Assembly: GCA_947474495.1 (NCBI GenBank)
Contig: CANJIM010000005.1
Location: forward strand, 27 to 64,026
Origin: Rhodospirillaceae bacterium
GTDB lineage: Bacteria; Pseudomonadota; Alphaproteobacteria; SMXQ01
Direction of reading: 5' to 3'
DNA length: 64,000 nt
Under the pieces are notes generated by a model that ran no database searches, was not told the origin of the DNA, and saw nothing but the letters and a program-made list of their open reading frames with translations. Shown piece after piece: positions 53,285-62,869 of this stretch (position 1 is its first letter; every line of letters starts with the position of its first letter). Both the position numbers and the translations under genes were made by a program.

Positions 53285-55453
53285 ATGTCCGAGACCTTCG
53301 ATCTGGCTGCCGCCGCGCGCAGCCGGCAAGCCCCGCCCTCATTCGACGAAGCCAACGGCCTCGAGCCCTTGGCGCGCGTCACCGACGCCGATGAGTTCCG
53401 CGCCGCCTATGCCAAGGTAAAGTCGGGCGAATGGGACGCCACCAAATGGCAGGGCTTCCGCCTGCGCTTCGGCCTTTACGGCCAGCTGCAGCCCAACGTC
53501 CACATGCTGCGTATCAAGATACCGGGCGGTCTGCTGCCGTTCGATTGGGCGCGCACCGTCGCCGAGGCCAACCGCAAGTTTGCCGGCGCCAAGATCCACG
53601 TCTCGACGCGCCAGGACCTGCAGATCTATTTCATCAAGCCGGACGACGCGCCGGACCTGCTGCAGTTCCTCTATGAGCGCGGCCTGACCTCGCGCGAGGC
53701 CTGCGGCAATACGCTGCGCAACATGACCTCCTGCCAGCTCGCCGGCATCTGCCCGCGCGAGCATGTCGACGCCGGAAAGGTCGCCGACCGCCTGGCGCTG
53801 AGCTGGATCCGCCATCCGCTGGTTCAGCATATGCCGCGCAAGTTCAAGATCACCGTGTCGGGCTGCGAGACCGATTGCGCCTCGTCGTCGATTCATGATC
53901 TCGGCCTCGTCGCCGTGCGCGACGCACAGGGCCGTGCCGGCTTCAAGGCCTATGCTGGTGGCGGCACCGGCGGCATCGCCGTGCCGGCCTCGCTGGTCGC
54001 CGATTTCGTCGAAGAGAAAGACCTGCCCGCCGTGGTCGAGGCTTTGGTGCGCATCCATCAGCGCTATTCCAACCGCCGCAATCGCAATCAGGCGCGCATC
54101 AAGTTCGTCAACAAGCGCTTCGGGGCCGCGAAGTTCCGTGCCCTGTTCGAGGAAGAATTCGCCCGCACCAAGACGATGCCGCAGCGCCCGTGGCAGCCGC
54201 TCGAGTGGCGCCAGGGCGAGAACGCCCCGGAGCCGACGTCGCCCGGCGGCGTCGTGCATCAGCATGACGGCAATTTCTCGGTCGTGGCCAAGCCGGAGCT
54301 TGGTCTGCTGACGTCCGACGAGATGGACCAGTTCGTCGCCATCGCCGAACAGAACGGCGCGACGCGCCTGCGCACCACGCGCGACCAGAACCTCGTCATC
54401 GAAGGCCTCAAGCAGGGCGTCGTCGAGAAGGTCGTCGCCGCCGTGCGCGCCCTCGGCTTCGGCATCGAGAATCATGCGGGCGATGTCGCCAACGTCATCG
54501 CCTGCCCAGGCACCACGACCTGCGGCATCGGCATTACCACTTCGCAGACCTTCGGTCTCGAAGTGCAGGAACTGGCCACCAACTACAAGGCCAAGCCGAA
54601 CCTCAACATCAAGATCTCCGGCTGCCAGAACGGCTGCGGCCTGCATCACGTGGCGGACTTTGGCTTCCGCGGCATGGGCAAGAAGATCGGTTCGCGCAAC
54701 GCGCCGCATTACCAGATCTATGTCGGCGGCGAAGAGCGCAAGAACGGCCATCTCGGCCTGTTGGGTCCGGTCGTGCCGGCCCGCCTCGCCAAGCGCGCGC
54801 TTGAGCTGTTGCTCGACGGCTATGCCGCCGGCAAGCAGGGCGACGAAAGCGTGCGCGACTGGTCTCTGCGTCTCGGCAAGGACGGTATCCGCGCCTTGAT
54901 CGAGCCGGTCGAGCGCGAAGTCGATCCGGCGAACGAAGGCCTGTTCTTCGACTTCGGCGAAGACTGGGAATTCATGCCGCCGGCCGGCCGCACCGCCGAA
55001 TGCGCCGCCGCCACGGCGGACGATGACGTGCAGAAGGATCTGGCCGACGACGCGCTGATCTCGACCGACCGCGCGCTCGCCGCCGGGCAGAGTGATCGCG
55101 CCCGCGAATTCGCCGACCTCGGCTTCCGTTACTCGGCCCAGCGCTTGCGCATTCGCGCCATGATGCCGGGCGCCGAGGACGATACCGAGGATATGGCGAT
55201 CAGCGGCGTGCGCACCGCCTATGCCGGCGACGCCGAGGTGATCGGCGCGCTCGACGGCTACCTGGCGACGCGCGCCAAATTGAGCACGAAGGACGGCCAA
55301 GTGGACGCCCTGCGCGAGGCGCTCGCCCTGTGGCAGGACACCGTCGAGGACGTCATCGCCAAGCCGGCCGCCGCAGCAGGCTTTGCCGGCTTCGGGTCTG
55401 GCCTCGACGATTCGGCCGGCAGCTCCGTTCTCGACATGATCAAGGGCAAGTAG
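53285..55453 (+). CDS. Nitrite/sulfite-reductase-family sirohaem/[4Fe-4S] protein, 722 aa, with a C-terminal extension
   Basis: C-terminal half: ACPGTTTCG...GCQNGCG (C-x5-C...C-x3-C). The N-terminal half has the same pattern: SCQLAGIC...GCETDC. About 150 extra C-terminal residues. Confidence 0.8.
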   Translation: MSETFDLAAAARSRQAPPSFDEANGLEPLARVTDADEFRAAYAKVKSGEWDATKWQGFRLRFGLYGQLQPNVHMLRIKIPGGLLPFDWARTVAEANRKFAGAKIHVSTRQDLQIYFIKPDDAPDLLQFLYERGLTSREACGNTLRNMTSCQLAGICPREHVDAGKVADRLALSWIRHPLVQHMPRKFKITVSGCETDCASSSIHDLGLVAVRDAQGRAGFKAYAGGGTGGIAVPASLVADFVEEKDLPAVVEALVRIHQRYSNRRNRNQARIKFVNKRFGAAKFRALFEEEFARTKTMPQRPWQPLEWRQGENAPEPTSPGGVVHQHDGNFSVVAKPELGLLTSDEMDQFVAIAEQNGATRLRTTRDQNLVIEGLKQGVVEKVVAAVRALGFGIENHAGDVANVIACPGTTTCGIGITTSQTFGLEVQELATNYKAKPNLNIKISGCQNGCGLHHVADFGFRGMGKKIGSRNAPHYQIYVGGEERKNGHLGLLGPVVPARLAKRALELLLDGYAAGKQGDESVRDWSLRLGKDGIRALIEPVEREVDPANEGLFFDFGEDWEFMPPAGRTAECAAATADDDVQKDLADDALISTDRALAAGQSDRAREFADLGFRYSAQRLRIRAMMPGAEDDTEDMAISGVRTAYAGDAEVIGALDGYLATRAKLSTKDGQVDALREALALWQDTVEDVIAKPAAAAGFAGFGSGLDDSAGSSVLDMIKGK

Positions 55454-55508
55454 CGCCGTTTGATCCGGGCTGGCCGATCTAGGCCAGCCACCCCATATGC
55501 TGTAAATA

Positions 55509-55557
55509 GGGCGCGCCGGCAGTCATGCGTGACTGGCCCGGCGCGCCCCTTCTTTCA
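55509..55557 (+). terminator. Long bulged hairpin + T-rich tract between the reductase and flavoprotein genes (terminator or attenuator candidate)
   Basis: GGGCGCGCCGGCAGTCA-tgcg-TGACTG(gc)CCGGCGCGCCC followed by CTTCTTTC. 17 paired positions with a 2-nt bulge. Confidence 0.5.
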
Positions 55558-55589
55558 CAGAAGCTCTTTCACAAAAGCCGCTTGCCGTC

Positions 55590-58500
55590 ATGACCCAGTC
55601 CGCCGCGCCCCTGAACCTCTCTCACGGCCTCGCCTTCGCCGATCTTTATGCGCGGGATGGCTTGGTGAAGCTCGACGGCGCCTTCGTCGCGCATCTGCAG
55701 ACGGCGGACGTCGAGCTGTTCAACCGCCTGATGGCGGCGCGAGCCACGCCGGGTGCGGTCGAGGACAAGGACGAATCGGCGCTGATCATCGATCTCGCGC
55801 CGCATCTGGAAGACTTCCTCAGCGGCCTGTTCGGCATCCAGGACGAATTGCGCGCGCTGGCTGGCAAGCATGACGCGCTGGCGCCGCTCTACGAAGTGAA
55901 GCGGCTGTTCGTGCAGCGCCGCGCCGTGAAGCGATTCAAGCCTGATGAATTGGCGGCGCTCGACATTGCGCCGATCGAAGCGGCGCTGATCGCCAAACTG
56001 GGCGTGCCGATCACCGAAGAGACATTCGCCAACGCCGTGCTCGTTTGGCAGAACGACGAGGCCGCGAACAAAGAGGCGCTCGATCTCGCCGAAGCGTTCG
56101 CCGCCTGGGCGACGCTGCATTCGGTCGGCCAGGCTCGCTTCGCCGCTGGCGTGCTGTTCAAGGTGCCGAAGAAGCTCGACTTCCAGCATCTCGTGCCGGT
56201 CGAGACCGAGCAGCGCGACGGCGTGACGATGATCCGCCTGTCGCCGCACCATTGGCGTCAGCGCCAGGGCTTTGCGCTGACCGACAGCGGCATGGACCTC
56301 AAGGCCGCGCTCGATCAGGCCAACTACTGCATCTTCTGCCATAACCAGGGCAAGGATTCCTGCTCGAAGGGCCTGAAGGACCGCAAGACCGGCGCCTATC
56401 AGAAGAGCCCGTTCGGCGTGACCTTGGCCGGCTGTCCGCTCGAAGAGAAAATCTCCGAGATGAACAGCCTCAAATCGGCGGGCCATACGCTCGGCGCGCT
56501 CGCCGTCGTCGTGATCGACAATCCGATGACGGCCGGCACCGGCCATCGCATCTGCAACGATTGCATGAAGTCCTGCATCTATCAGAAGCAGGAGCCGGTC
56601 AATATCCCGCAGGTTGAGACGCGCACGCTGAAAGACGTGCTGGCGCTGCCCTGGGGCTTCGAGCTTTACAGCCTGCTGACGCGCTGGAATCCGCTCAACA
56701 TCCATCGGCCGCTGCCGAAGGTCGATGCCGGCTACAAGGTGCTGGTCGTCGGCCTGGGACCTGCCGGCTACACGCTCGCCCATCATTTGATGAACGATGG
56801 CCACACGGTCGTCGCCGTCGACGGCTTGAAGATCGAGCCCTTGCCGCAGGATATCTCCGGCGTGGCGCTCGACGGTTCGCGCGTGCCGTTCAAGCCGATT
56901 CGCGACATCGCCGAACTGACCGAGCCCTTGGGCGATCGCGCCATGGCCGGTTTCGGCGGCGTCGCCGAATACGGCATCACCGTGCGCTGGGACAAGAACT
57001 TCCTCAAGATCGTGCGCCTGCTGTTGGAGCGCCGCGCCAGCTTCGCCATGTTCGGCGGCGTCCGCTTCGGCGGCACCTTGACCATCGAGTCGGCCTTGGC
57101 GCGCGGCTTCGACCATATCGCGCTCTGCGCCGGCGCAGGCCGTCCGACCTTCATCGAAATGCCGAACGCGCTGGCGCGCGGCGTGCGGCAGGCGTCCGAC
57201 TTCCTGATGGGCTTGCAGCTCACCGGCGCGGCCAAGCCGGGCTCGCTCGCCAATCTGCAAGTGCGATTGCCGGTCGTCGTCATCGGCGGCGGCCTCACCG
57301 CCATCGACACGGCCACCGAATCGCTCGCCTACTACCCGGTGCAGGTCGAGAAGTTCCTGCTGCGCTACGAGACCCTTGTCGCCGAGCGCGGCGAGGCGAA
57401 GGTGCGCGCCGCCTGGAATCCGGAAGATACGATCATCGCCGACGAATTCCTCGCACACGCACGCGCCATTCGCGCCGAGCGTGAAGCGGCTGCGAAAGAG
57501 AAGCGCGAAGCGAACCTGATCAAGCTGCTGCGCTCCTGGGGCGGCGCGACGCTGGCCTATCGCCGTTGGATGACCGACAGCCCGAGCTACACGCTGAACC
57601 ACGAGGAAGTGGAAAAGGCGATGGAAGAGGGCATCGATTTCGCTGAGGGCTTGAGCCCGGTCGAGATCGAGGTCGACGAGTTCGGCCATGCCCGCGCCAT
57701 CACCTGCGCCCGTATGGAAGCGGGCGACGACGGCCGCCTGGTGGATAGCGGCAAGACCGTGCAGTTGCCGGCCAAGAGCGTGCTGATCGCCGCCGGCACC
57801 CAGCCCAACACCGTGTTGGCGCGCGAAGACGCTGCCCACATGACGCTCGACGGCAAGTATTTCCGCGCTCTCGATGAAGACGGCAACCCGGCGACGCCGG
57901 AGAAGCTCGCCAAGCCCGAACAAGTGCGCGTGCTGACCGCCATCGAGCCGGACGGCCGTGCCGTGAGCTTCTTCGGCGATCTGCATCCGTCCTTCGCCGG
58001 CAATGTCGTTAAGGCCATGGGCAGCGCCAAGCAGGGCTATCCGGTGGTCAGCCGCGTGCTCGCCAAGCGGGCGCCGACCGCCGTGAAACCGGCCGATCTC
58101 GTCGCCGACATGAACCGCGCCCTGCGCGCCACGGTCCATGCGGTCAATCGCCTGACGCCGACGATCATCGAGGTGGTTATCCATGCGCCGCTCGCCGCCA
58201 AGAATTTCGAGCCGGGCCAGTTCTACCGCCTGCAGAATTTCGAGAGCCTGGCGCCGCGCATTGACGGCACGATCCTGAATATGGAAGGCCTGGCGCTGAC
58301 CGGCGCCTGGGTCAACCGCGACAAGGGCCTGATCTCCGTCATCGCTTTGGAGATGGGCGGCTCATCTGATCTTTGCGCCTCGCTCAAGATCGGCGAGCCG
58401 GTGATCCTGATGGGTCCGACGGGCTCGGCGACCGAGACGCCGGCGGGCGAGACCGTGCTGCTGGTCGGCGGCGGCCTTGGCAACGCCGTGCTGTTCTCGA

Positions 58501-59105
58501 TCGGCCAGGCGCTGCGCGCCGCCGGTTCGAAGGTGCTCTACTTCGCCGGGTACAAGAAGCTGATCGACCGCTACAAGGTCGAGCAGATCGAAGCGGCGGC
58601 CGATGTGGTGATCTGGTGCTCGGACGAAGGTCCCGGCTTCGAGCCGACGCGGCCGCAGGACAAGCGCTTCGTCGGCAATATCGTCGAGGCGATGGTCTCT
58701 TATGGCTCGGGCGCGCTCGGCAACATCCCGATCAAGCTCGACCGCGTCAACCGCATCATCGCCATTGGCTCGGACGGCATGATGGCGGCCGTCGGCCGTT
58801 CGCGCCACACGGTGCTGAAGCCTTATCTGCGCCCCGATCATCAAGCCTTCGGCAGCATCAACTCGCCGATGCAGTGCATGATGAAGGAAATCTGCGCCCA
58901 GTGTTTGCAGACTCATACCGACCCGATCACCGGAAAGAGCCATGTTGTCTTCACCTGCTACAACCAGGATCAGCGGCTCGACGTGGTGGATTTCCGATCT
59001 TTGCGCGAACGTCTGGGGCAAAATCGCGCGCAGGAGAAACTGACGGCGCAATGGATTGACCGCTGCCTGAAGCGCCTCAATCTGCGCGCCACGGCCGCTG
59101 AATAA
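55590..59105 (+). CDS. 1171-aa iron-sulfur flavoprotein: unknown N-domain + GltD/NfnB-like module + PyrK/NfnA-like module
   Basis: Cys clusters CIFCHNQGKDSC...GCPLEE and CNDCMKSC. Dinucleotide folds VLVVGLGPAGY and VVVIGGGLTAID. FNR-like module (FEPGQFYRLQNFE, VLLVGGGLGNAV). PyrK-type 2Fe-2S motif C-x5-C-x2-C...C (CMMKEICAQC...FTCYN). Confidence 0.75.
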   Translation: MTQSAAPLNLSHGLAFADLYARDGLVKLDGAFVAHLQTADVELFNRLMAARATPGAVEDKDESALIIDLAPHLEDFLSGLFGIQDELRALAGKHDALAPLYEVKRLFVQRRAVKRFKPDELAALDIAPIEAALIAKLGVPITEETFANAVLVWQNDEAANKEALDLAEAFAAWATLHSVGQARFAAGVLFKVPKKLDFQHLVPVETEQRDGVTMIRLSPHHWRQRQGFALTDSGMDLKAALDQANYCIFCHNQGKDSCSKGLKDRKTGAYQKSPFGVTLAGCPLEEKISEMNSLKSAGHTLGALAVVVIDNPMTAGTGHRICNDCMKSCIYQKQEPVNIPQVETRTLKDVLALPWGFELYSLLTRWNPLNIHRPLPKVDAGYKVLVVGLGPAGYTLAHHLMNDGHTVVAVDGLKIEPLPQDISGVALDGSRVPFKPIRDIAELTEPLGDRAMAGFGGVAEYGITVRWDKNFLKIVRLLLERRASFAMFGGVRFGGTLTIESALARGFDHIALCAGAGRPTFIEMPNALARGVRQASDFLMGLQLTGAAKPGSLANLQVRLPVVVIGGGLTAIDTATESLAYYPVQVEKFLLRYETLVAERGEAKVRAAWNPEDTIIADEFLAHARAIRAEREAAAKEKREANLIKLLRSWGGATLAYRRWMTDSPSYTLNHEEVEKAMEEGIDFAEGLSPVEIEVDEFGHARAITCARMEAGDDGRLVDSGKTVQLPAKSVLIAAGTQPNTVLAREDAAHMTLDGKYFRALDEDGNPATPEKLAKPEQVRVLTAIEPDGRAVSFFGDLHPSFAGNVVKAMGSAKQGYPVVSRVLAKRAPTAVKPADLVADMNRALRATVHAVNRLTPTIIEVVIHAPLAAKNFEPGQFYRLQNFESLAPRIDGTILNMEGLALTGAWVNRDKGLISVIALEMGGSSDLCASLKIGEPVILMGPTGSATETPAGETVLLVGGGLGNAVLFSIGQALRAAGSKVLYFAGYKKLIDRYKVEQIEAAADVVIWCSDEGPGFEPTRPQDKRFVGNIVEAMVSYGSGALGNIPIKLDRVNRIIAIGSDGMMAAVGRSRHTVLKPYLRPDHQAFGSINSPMQCMMKEICAQCLQTHTDPITGKSHVVFTCYNQDQRLDVVDFRSLRERLGQNRAQEKLTAQWIDRCLKRLNLRATAAE

Positions 59106-59124
59106 GCGCCGGCCGAATAGCCTG

Positions 59125-59571
59125 ATGTCCGCCGAATCCCGCGCCCAGATCACTGCTGACATCGTCGCCCGCACGGGAATCGACGAGGCGATGATCGAGC
59201 GCTTGGTGCGGGGCTTTTACGCCAAGGTGCAAGAGGACGATCTCATCGGGCCAGTGTTCGCCGCGCGCATCAAAGACTGGGAACCGCATCTCCAGCGCAT
59301 GTTCGCCTTCTGGTCGTCGGTCGCGCTGCTCAACGGCCGCTATAGCGGCACGCCGATGCCCATCCATATGAAGCTGCCGGTCGATGCGGCGCATTTCGAC
59401 CGCTGGCTGATGGTGTTCGAGGCGACGGCGCGCGAGCTTTGCCCACCGGCTGCCGCCGATCATTTCCTCGAGCGGGCGCGCAATATCGCCAATAGCCTGG
59501 AGATGGGCGTGGCCATGGGGCAGGGCGTAGCCCTGCGCAAAGGCGAGCGCTTCTATCGGACGGAGAGTTGA
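59125..59571 (+). CDS. Group III truncated haemoglobin
   Basis: IDEAMIERLVRGFYAKVQEDDLIGPVFAARIKDWEPHLQRMFAFWSSVALLNGRYSGTPMPIHMKL...HFDRWL matches the trHb-III pattern as I recall it. Confidence 0.75.
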   Translation: MSAESRAQITADIVARTGIDEAMIERLVRGFYAKVQEDDLIGPVFAARIKDWEPHLQRMFAFWSSVALLNGRYSGTPMPIHMKLPVDAAHFDRWLMVFEATARELCPPAAADHFLERARNIANSLEMGVAMGQGVALRKGERFYRTES

Positions 59572-59575
59572 GGGC

Positions 59576-59983
59576 TTACGACCGCGCGTAGCGGGCGGCG
59601 GCGCCGCGTTCGATGCCGGCGGCGACGAGCCGCTCCACGTCGAGGCGGTGGCGCATCAATTCGAGAACGCGCAATTCTTCCTGGCTGGCTTCCTGGTCGA
59701 CGGCGACGACTTCCACCGCGAAGGCGTAAGCCGTCTCGCGCAGATGCTTCGGCAGATGCTTCTTCACTTCTTTCAGTGCGCCTTCGAGGCCGTCGTCATC
59801 TTCCATCAGCTTGGCGAAGGACTTGGTCGCCTTGGGCAGGCGCTCGATGTCGAAGTCGGCGAAAATCGGCGCCAGGCGCACGATCTCGCCGATGGTGGCC
59901 ATTTCCGCGTCCGTCATATTGCCGTCGGCCGCCGAGACCAGCAGCATGGAATAGATCAGCGCGTCGTGATGCTCGATGCTCAT
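59576..59983 (-). CDS. TerB-like (tellurite-resistance TerB fold) protein
   Basis: 135 aa. LLVSAADGNMTDAEMATIGEIV ... AVEVVAVDQEASQEELRVLELM is the two-repeat TerB-type pattern. Confidence 0.6.
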   Translation of the reverse strand: MSIEHHDALIYSMLLVSAADGNMTDAEMATIGEIVRLAPIFADFDIERLPKATKSFAKLMEDDDGLEGALKEVKKHLPKHLRETAYAFAVEVVAVDQEASQEELRVLELMRHRLDVERLVAAGIERGAAARYARS

Positions 59984-60043
59984 GGGAATCCTCGAGGGGG
60001 AAGGGATCGCCGGGGGAAATTCTTGTCGGATGACTGTAGCGCG

Positions 60044-62869
60044 TTAAGCCGGCTTCGTCGGGTTGGAAACGCCGGAACTTGCGAAAAAGTTCCTAATCTC
60101 CGTCACGGCATCCGCTAACCCGAGGCGCTGCACGGCGACGCCGGGCGGGAACGCCGCGGCGAGCCGGCTCGGCAGCGCCGAATCGAGCATGACGAAGACG
60201 CCATGGTCGCCGGCGCGGCGGATCAGACGCCCGTATGCCTGCTTGAGCTTGAGGCGCGCCAGCGTCTCGTCCCAGGTCTTGCCGCCGAACACTTGGCGGC
60301 GCGCCTTGTGAAGAATGTCGGGGCGCGGCCAGGGCACGCGGTCGAACACGATCAGGCGCAGGGCGCTGCCCGGCACGTCGACGCCGTCGCGTACCGCATC
60401 GGTGCCGAGCAGGCAGCTGTCTTCCTCGGCACGAAAGATGTCGACCAGGGTGCCGGTGTCGAGCCCGTCGATATGCTGGGCGAGCAGGGTGATGTCGGCT
60501 TCTTCGAGCGCTGGTGCGATGCGGCTATGCACGTCGCGCAGCCGCGCGATCGAGGTGAAGAGCCCGAGCGCGCCGCCACCCGAGGCGAGGAACAGGCTGC
60601 GATAGGCGCTCGCCACGGCGGCGGGATTGGCTTTCGCCACGTCGGTGACGACAAGCACGCGCGTGCAGGCGGGATAGTCGAACGGCGAGGGCACGGCGAT
60701 ATGGGTCGCCGGGCTCGGCAGATGGCGCGCGCCGCTGCGCGCTTCGGCGCTGCGCCAATCGTCTGTCGCCATGTCGGGCCCCGAATCGCGCAAGGTCGCC
60801 GAGGTGATCAGCGCGCCATGGGACGGTTCAAGCACGTTGCGCGCGAAGGGCACCGAGGGATCGACCCAATGGCGGTGCAGGCCGACGTCGACCTCGCGCC
60901 CGTCCATGCGCTCGACCGAGAACCAGTCGGCGAAATCGGGCGGCGCGTCGTCATCGACAGTCGCCAGCATGGAGCGCCAGGCGGCCAGCGGAATGGCGGC
61001 GCGCCGTTCGAGACTTTTCAGCGCGCCTTCGATGCGCTGGCGCGTCGCGGTATCCAATTCATCGGCCTTCTCGTCGAGCATGCGCGCGAGTTTGGCGCCG
61101 AGCTTGGCGATCGGCGTTTGCAGGCTTTGCAGTGCCTCGTCGAGCACCCGGGCCGCGTCGGCGAGGCCGCCGATTAGCGGCGTCTTTTCGGCTTCGAGGC
61201 TGTAGCCGGCTTCGGCGTCCGGCGCGCGGGCGAGCACTTGCTGGCGGATGAAGCCGAGGAACACTTCCGTCGCGCCGCGCGGCACGCCGGATAGCGCCTG
61301 GTCTTCGCCGAGCCGCTTCTGCCAACCGTCGCCCGGCAGCACCCGGGCCGCCTTCAAGGCCGAGGTCAGTAGGTCTTCGGCTTCGCCGTCGCCGGCGAAC
61401 AGATCGCCGATACGCTTTTGCAGGCCTCTGGCACGCGAGGGACGACCGGTCGTCGTCTCGGCGCCGAGCAGCCAGCGGCGCAATTCGGCCGTCTCGCGGC
61501 CGCCGAGATGGGCGGCGAAGGCGCTATCGGCGGCATCGAACAGATGATGGCCTTCGTCGAACACGTAGCGCGTCGGCACGTTGGCGTCGTCGAGCCCGGC
61601 GAGCGCCGCTTGCGCCATCACCAGTGCATGGTTGGCGACGACGATGTCGGCATGGCGGGCCCGCCGCACGGTTTTTTCAATGAAGCATTTGCGCCAGTGA
61701 TCGCAGGCGGCATAGATGCATTCGCCGCGCCGGTCGGCGAGCCCCAGCGTCGGCGCATAGCCGAGCAGTTGCGCCAGCCAGGAGGGGAAATCACCGCCGA
61801 CCATGTCGCCGTCGCGCGTCGCCCGCGCCCAGCGCGCCATCAGCGCGGTCGCCACCGTCTCGCGCGGCGTCACTGCAGCGCGGTTCACCTGCTCTTCGAG
61901 ATTGAGCAGGCAGAGATAATTCTCGCGGCCTTTACGGATGACCACGCGCGCGGCTTTCTCGGCGGGATCGGGATGCAGGCGGTCAAGCTCGGCATCCAAT
62001 TGCCGTTGCAGATTGCGCGTGTAGGTGCTGAGCCAGACGGCGCCCTTGTTCTTCTCGGCCCACAGGCTGGCGGGCGCGATATAGCCCAGCGTCTTGCCGG
62101 TGCCGGTGCCGGCTTCGGCGAGCACGACGCGTGGATCGCCCGCCGCATCGCGCGGCGCGAAAGCCGCCGCGGCGGCGGCGGCATAGTCGGATTGCTGGGT
62201 GCGGGCTTCTCTGGTGTGGCCGACGAGATCGACCAGCCGCTCGCGCGCTTCGTCGGGATCGACCGCCAAGGTGCCGGGCGGCGCGGGCGGCGGTTCGTCC
62301 TGCCATTCGCGCAGCTTCGTCCAGACGCGGAGTGGCGACAGGCTGGTGACGCCAGGAATGGGCGCATCCGCCGTCGACGCGAGGGTGTTCAAGGCCGCCA
62401 TGCATTCGGGGCCCCAGGCCCAGCCGGCGCGGGTCATGACGCGGGCGGTTTCGGCGGCTTCGCGCAAGGGCTCGCCGTCGAGCTTGGCCAGCTTGTCGAG
62501 CAGCGCCCCGGCGGCGGCTTGCAGGGCTTCGGCCTCGGCCAGCAGGCCGGTGGCGACGGTGAGGCCGAGCGCTTCGGCGAGCCCGCGCGGCGTCGGCAGG
62601 CAGAATTTGGCCGGGCAGACGAAGGCGTAAAGCTCCAGCAGGTCGCGCGCCGGGAAGACCGGCACGTTCAGTCGCCGGGCGATGGCCGGAGCATGGCAGA
62701 GCAGCGGTGGGGCGTTCTCGAACAGGCTGCCATCCCGCGATTTATGCAGGCCGAGATGGCGCGCCATCTCGCGCGGCGGCATTTCGACGATCTCGCCGTC
62801 AGCGGTAATCGCTACCGCCCGGCTGATGCCGGCGACCAGGACGGGGGCGAAAGAGGCCGTCATCTTCAT
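60044..62869 (-). CDS. ATP-dependent DNA helicase, DinG/Rad3 (XPD-like) family, with an N-terminal extension of about 230 aa
   Basis: Walker A AEAGTGTGKTLGY. DEAH-type box VFDEGHHL. Cys-containing insert GECIYAACDHWRKCF. C-terminal helicase_C_2-like region (LGLFTS...GVDVPG...VPWP). Confidence 0.8.
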   Translation of the reverse strand: MKMTASFAPVLVAGISRAVAITADGEIVEMPPREMARHLGLHKSRDGSLFENAPPLLCHAPAIARRLNVPVFPARDLLELYAFVCPAKFCLPTPRGLAEALGLTVATGLLAEAEALQAAAGALLDKLAKLDGEPLREAAETARVMTRAGWAWGPECMAALNTLASTADAPIPGVTSLSPLRVWTKLREWQDEPPPAPPGTLAVDPDEARERLVDLVGHTREARTQQSDYAAAAAAAFAPRDAAGDPRVVLAEAGTGTGKTLGYIAPASLWAEKNKGAVWLSTYTRNLQRQLDAELDRLHPDPAEKAARVVIRKGRENYLCLLNLEEQVNRAAVTPRETVATALMARWARATRDGDMVGGDFPSWLAQLLGYAPTLGLADRRGECIYAACDHWRKCFIEKTVRRARHADIVVANHALVMAQAALAGLDDANVPTRYVFDEGHHLFDAADSAFAAHLGGRETAELRRWLLGAETTTGRPSRARGLQKRIGDLFAGDGEAEDLLTSALKAARVLPGDGWQKRLGEDQALSGVPRGATEVFLGFIRQQVLARAPDAEAGYSLEAEKTPLIGGLADAARVLDEALQSLQTPIAKLGAKLARMLDEKADELDTATRQRIEGALKSLERRAAIPLAAWRSMLATVDDDAPPDFADWFSVERMDGREVDVGLHRHWVDPSVPFARNVLEPSHGALITSATLRDSGPDMATDDWRSAEARSGARHLPSPATHIAVPSPFDYPACTRVLVVTDVAKANPAAVASAYRSLFLASGGGALGLFTSIARLRDVHSRIAPALEEADITLLAQHIDGLDTGTLVDIFRAEEDSCLLGTDAVRDGVDVPGSALRLIVFDRVPWPRPDILHKARRQVFGGKTWDETLARLKLKQAYGRLIRRAGDHGVFVMLDSALPSRLAAAFPPGVAVQRLGLADAVTEIRNFFASSGVSNPTKPA

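Noticed and set aside
53339-58184. Very long antisense ORFs (53339-55300, 653 aa; 55569-58184, 871 aa) opposite the sirohaem reductase and flavoprotein genes
   Set aside because: Their translations are Arg/Ala/Gly/His-rich and low in complexity, with no motifs. They mirror well-supported genes on the other strand. These are typical shadow ORFs of high-GC DNA.
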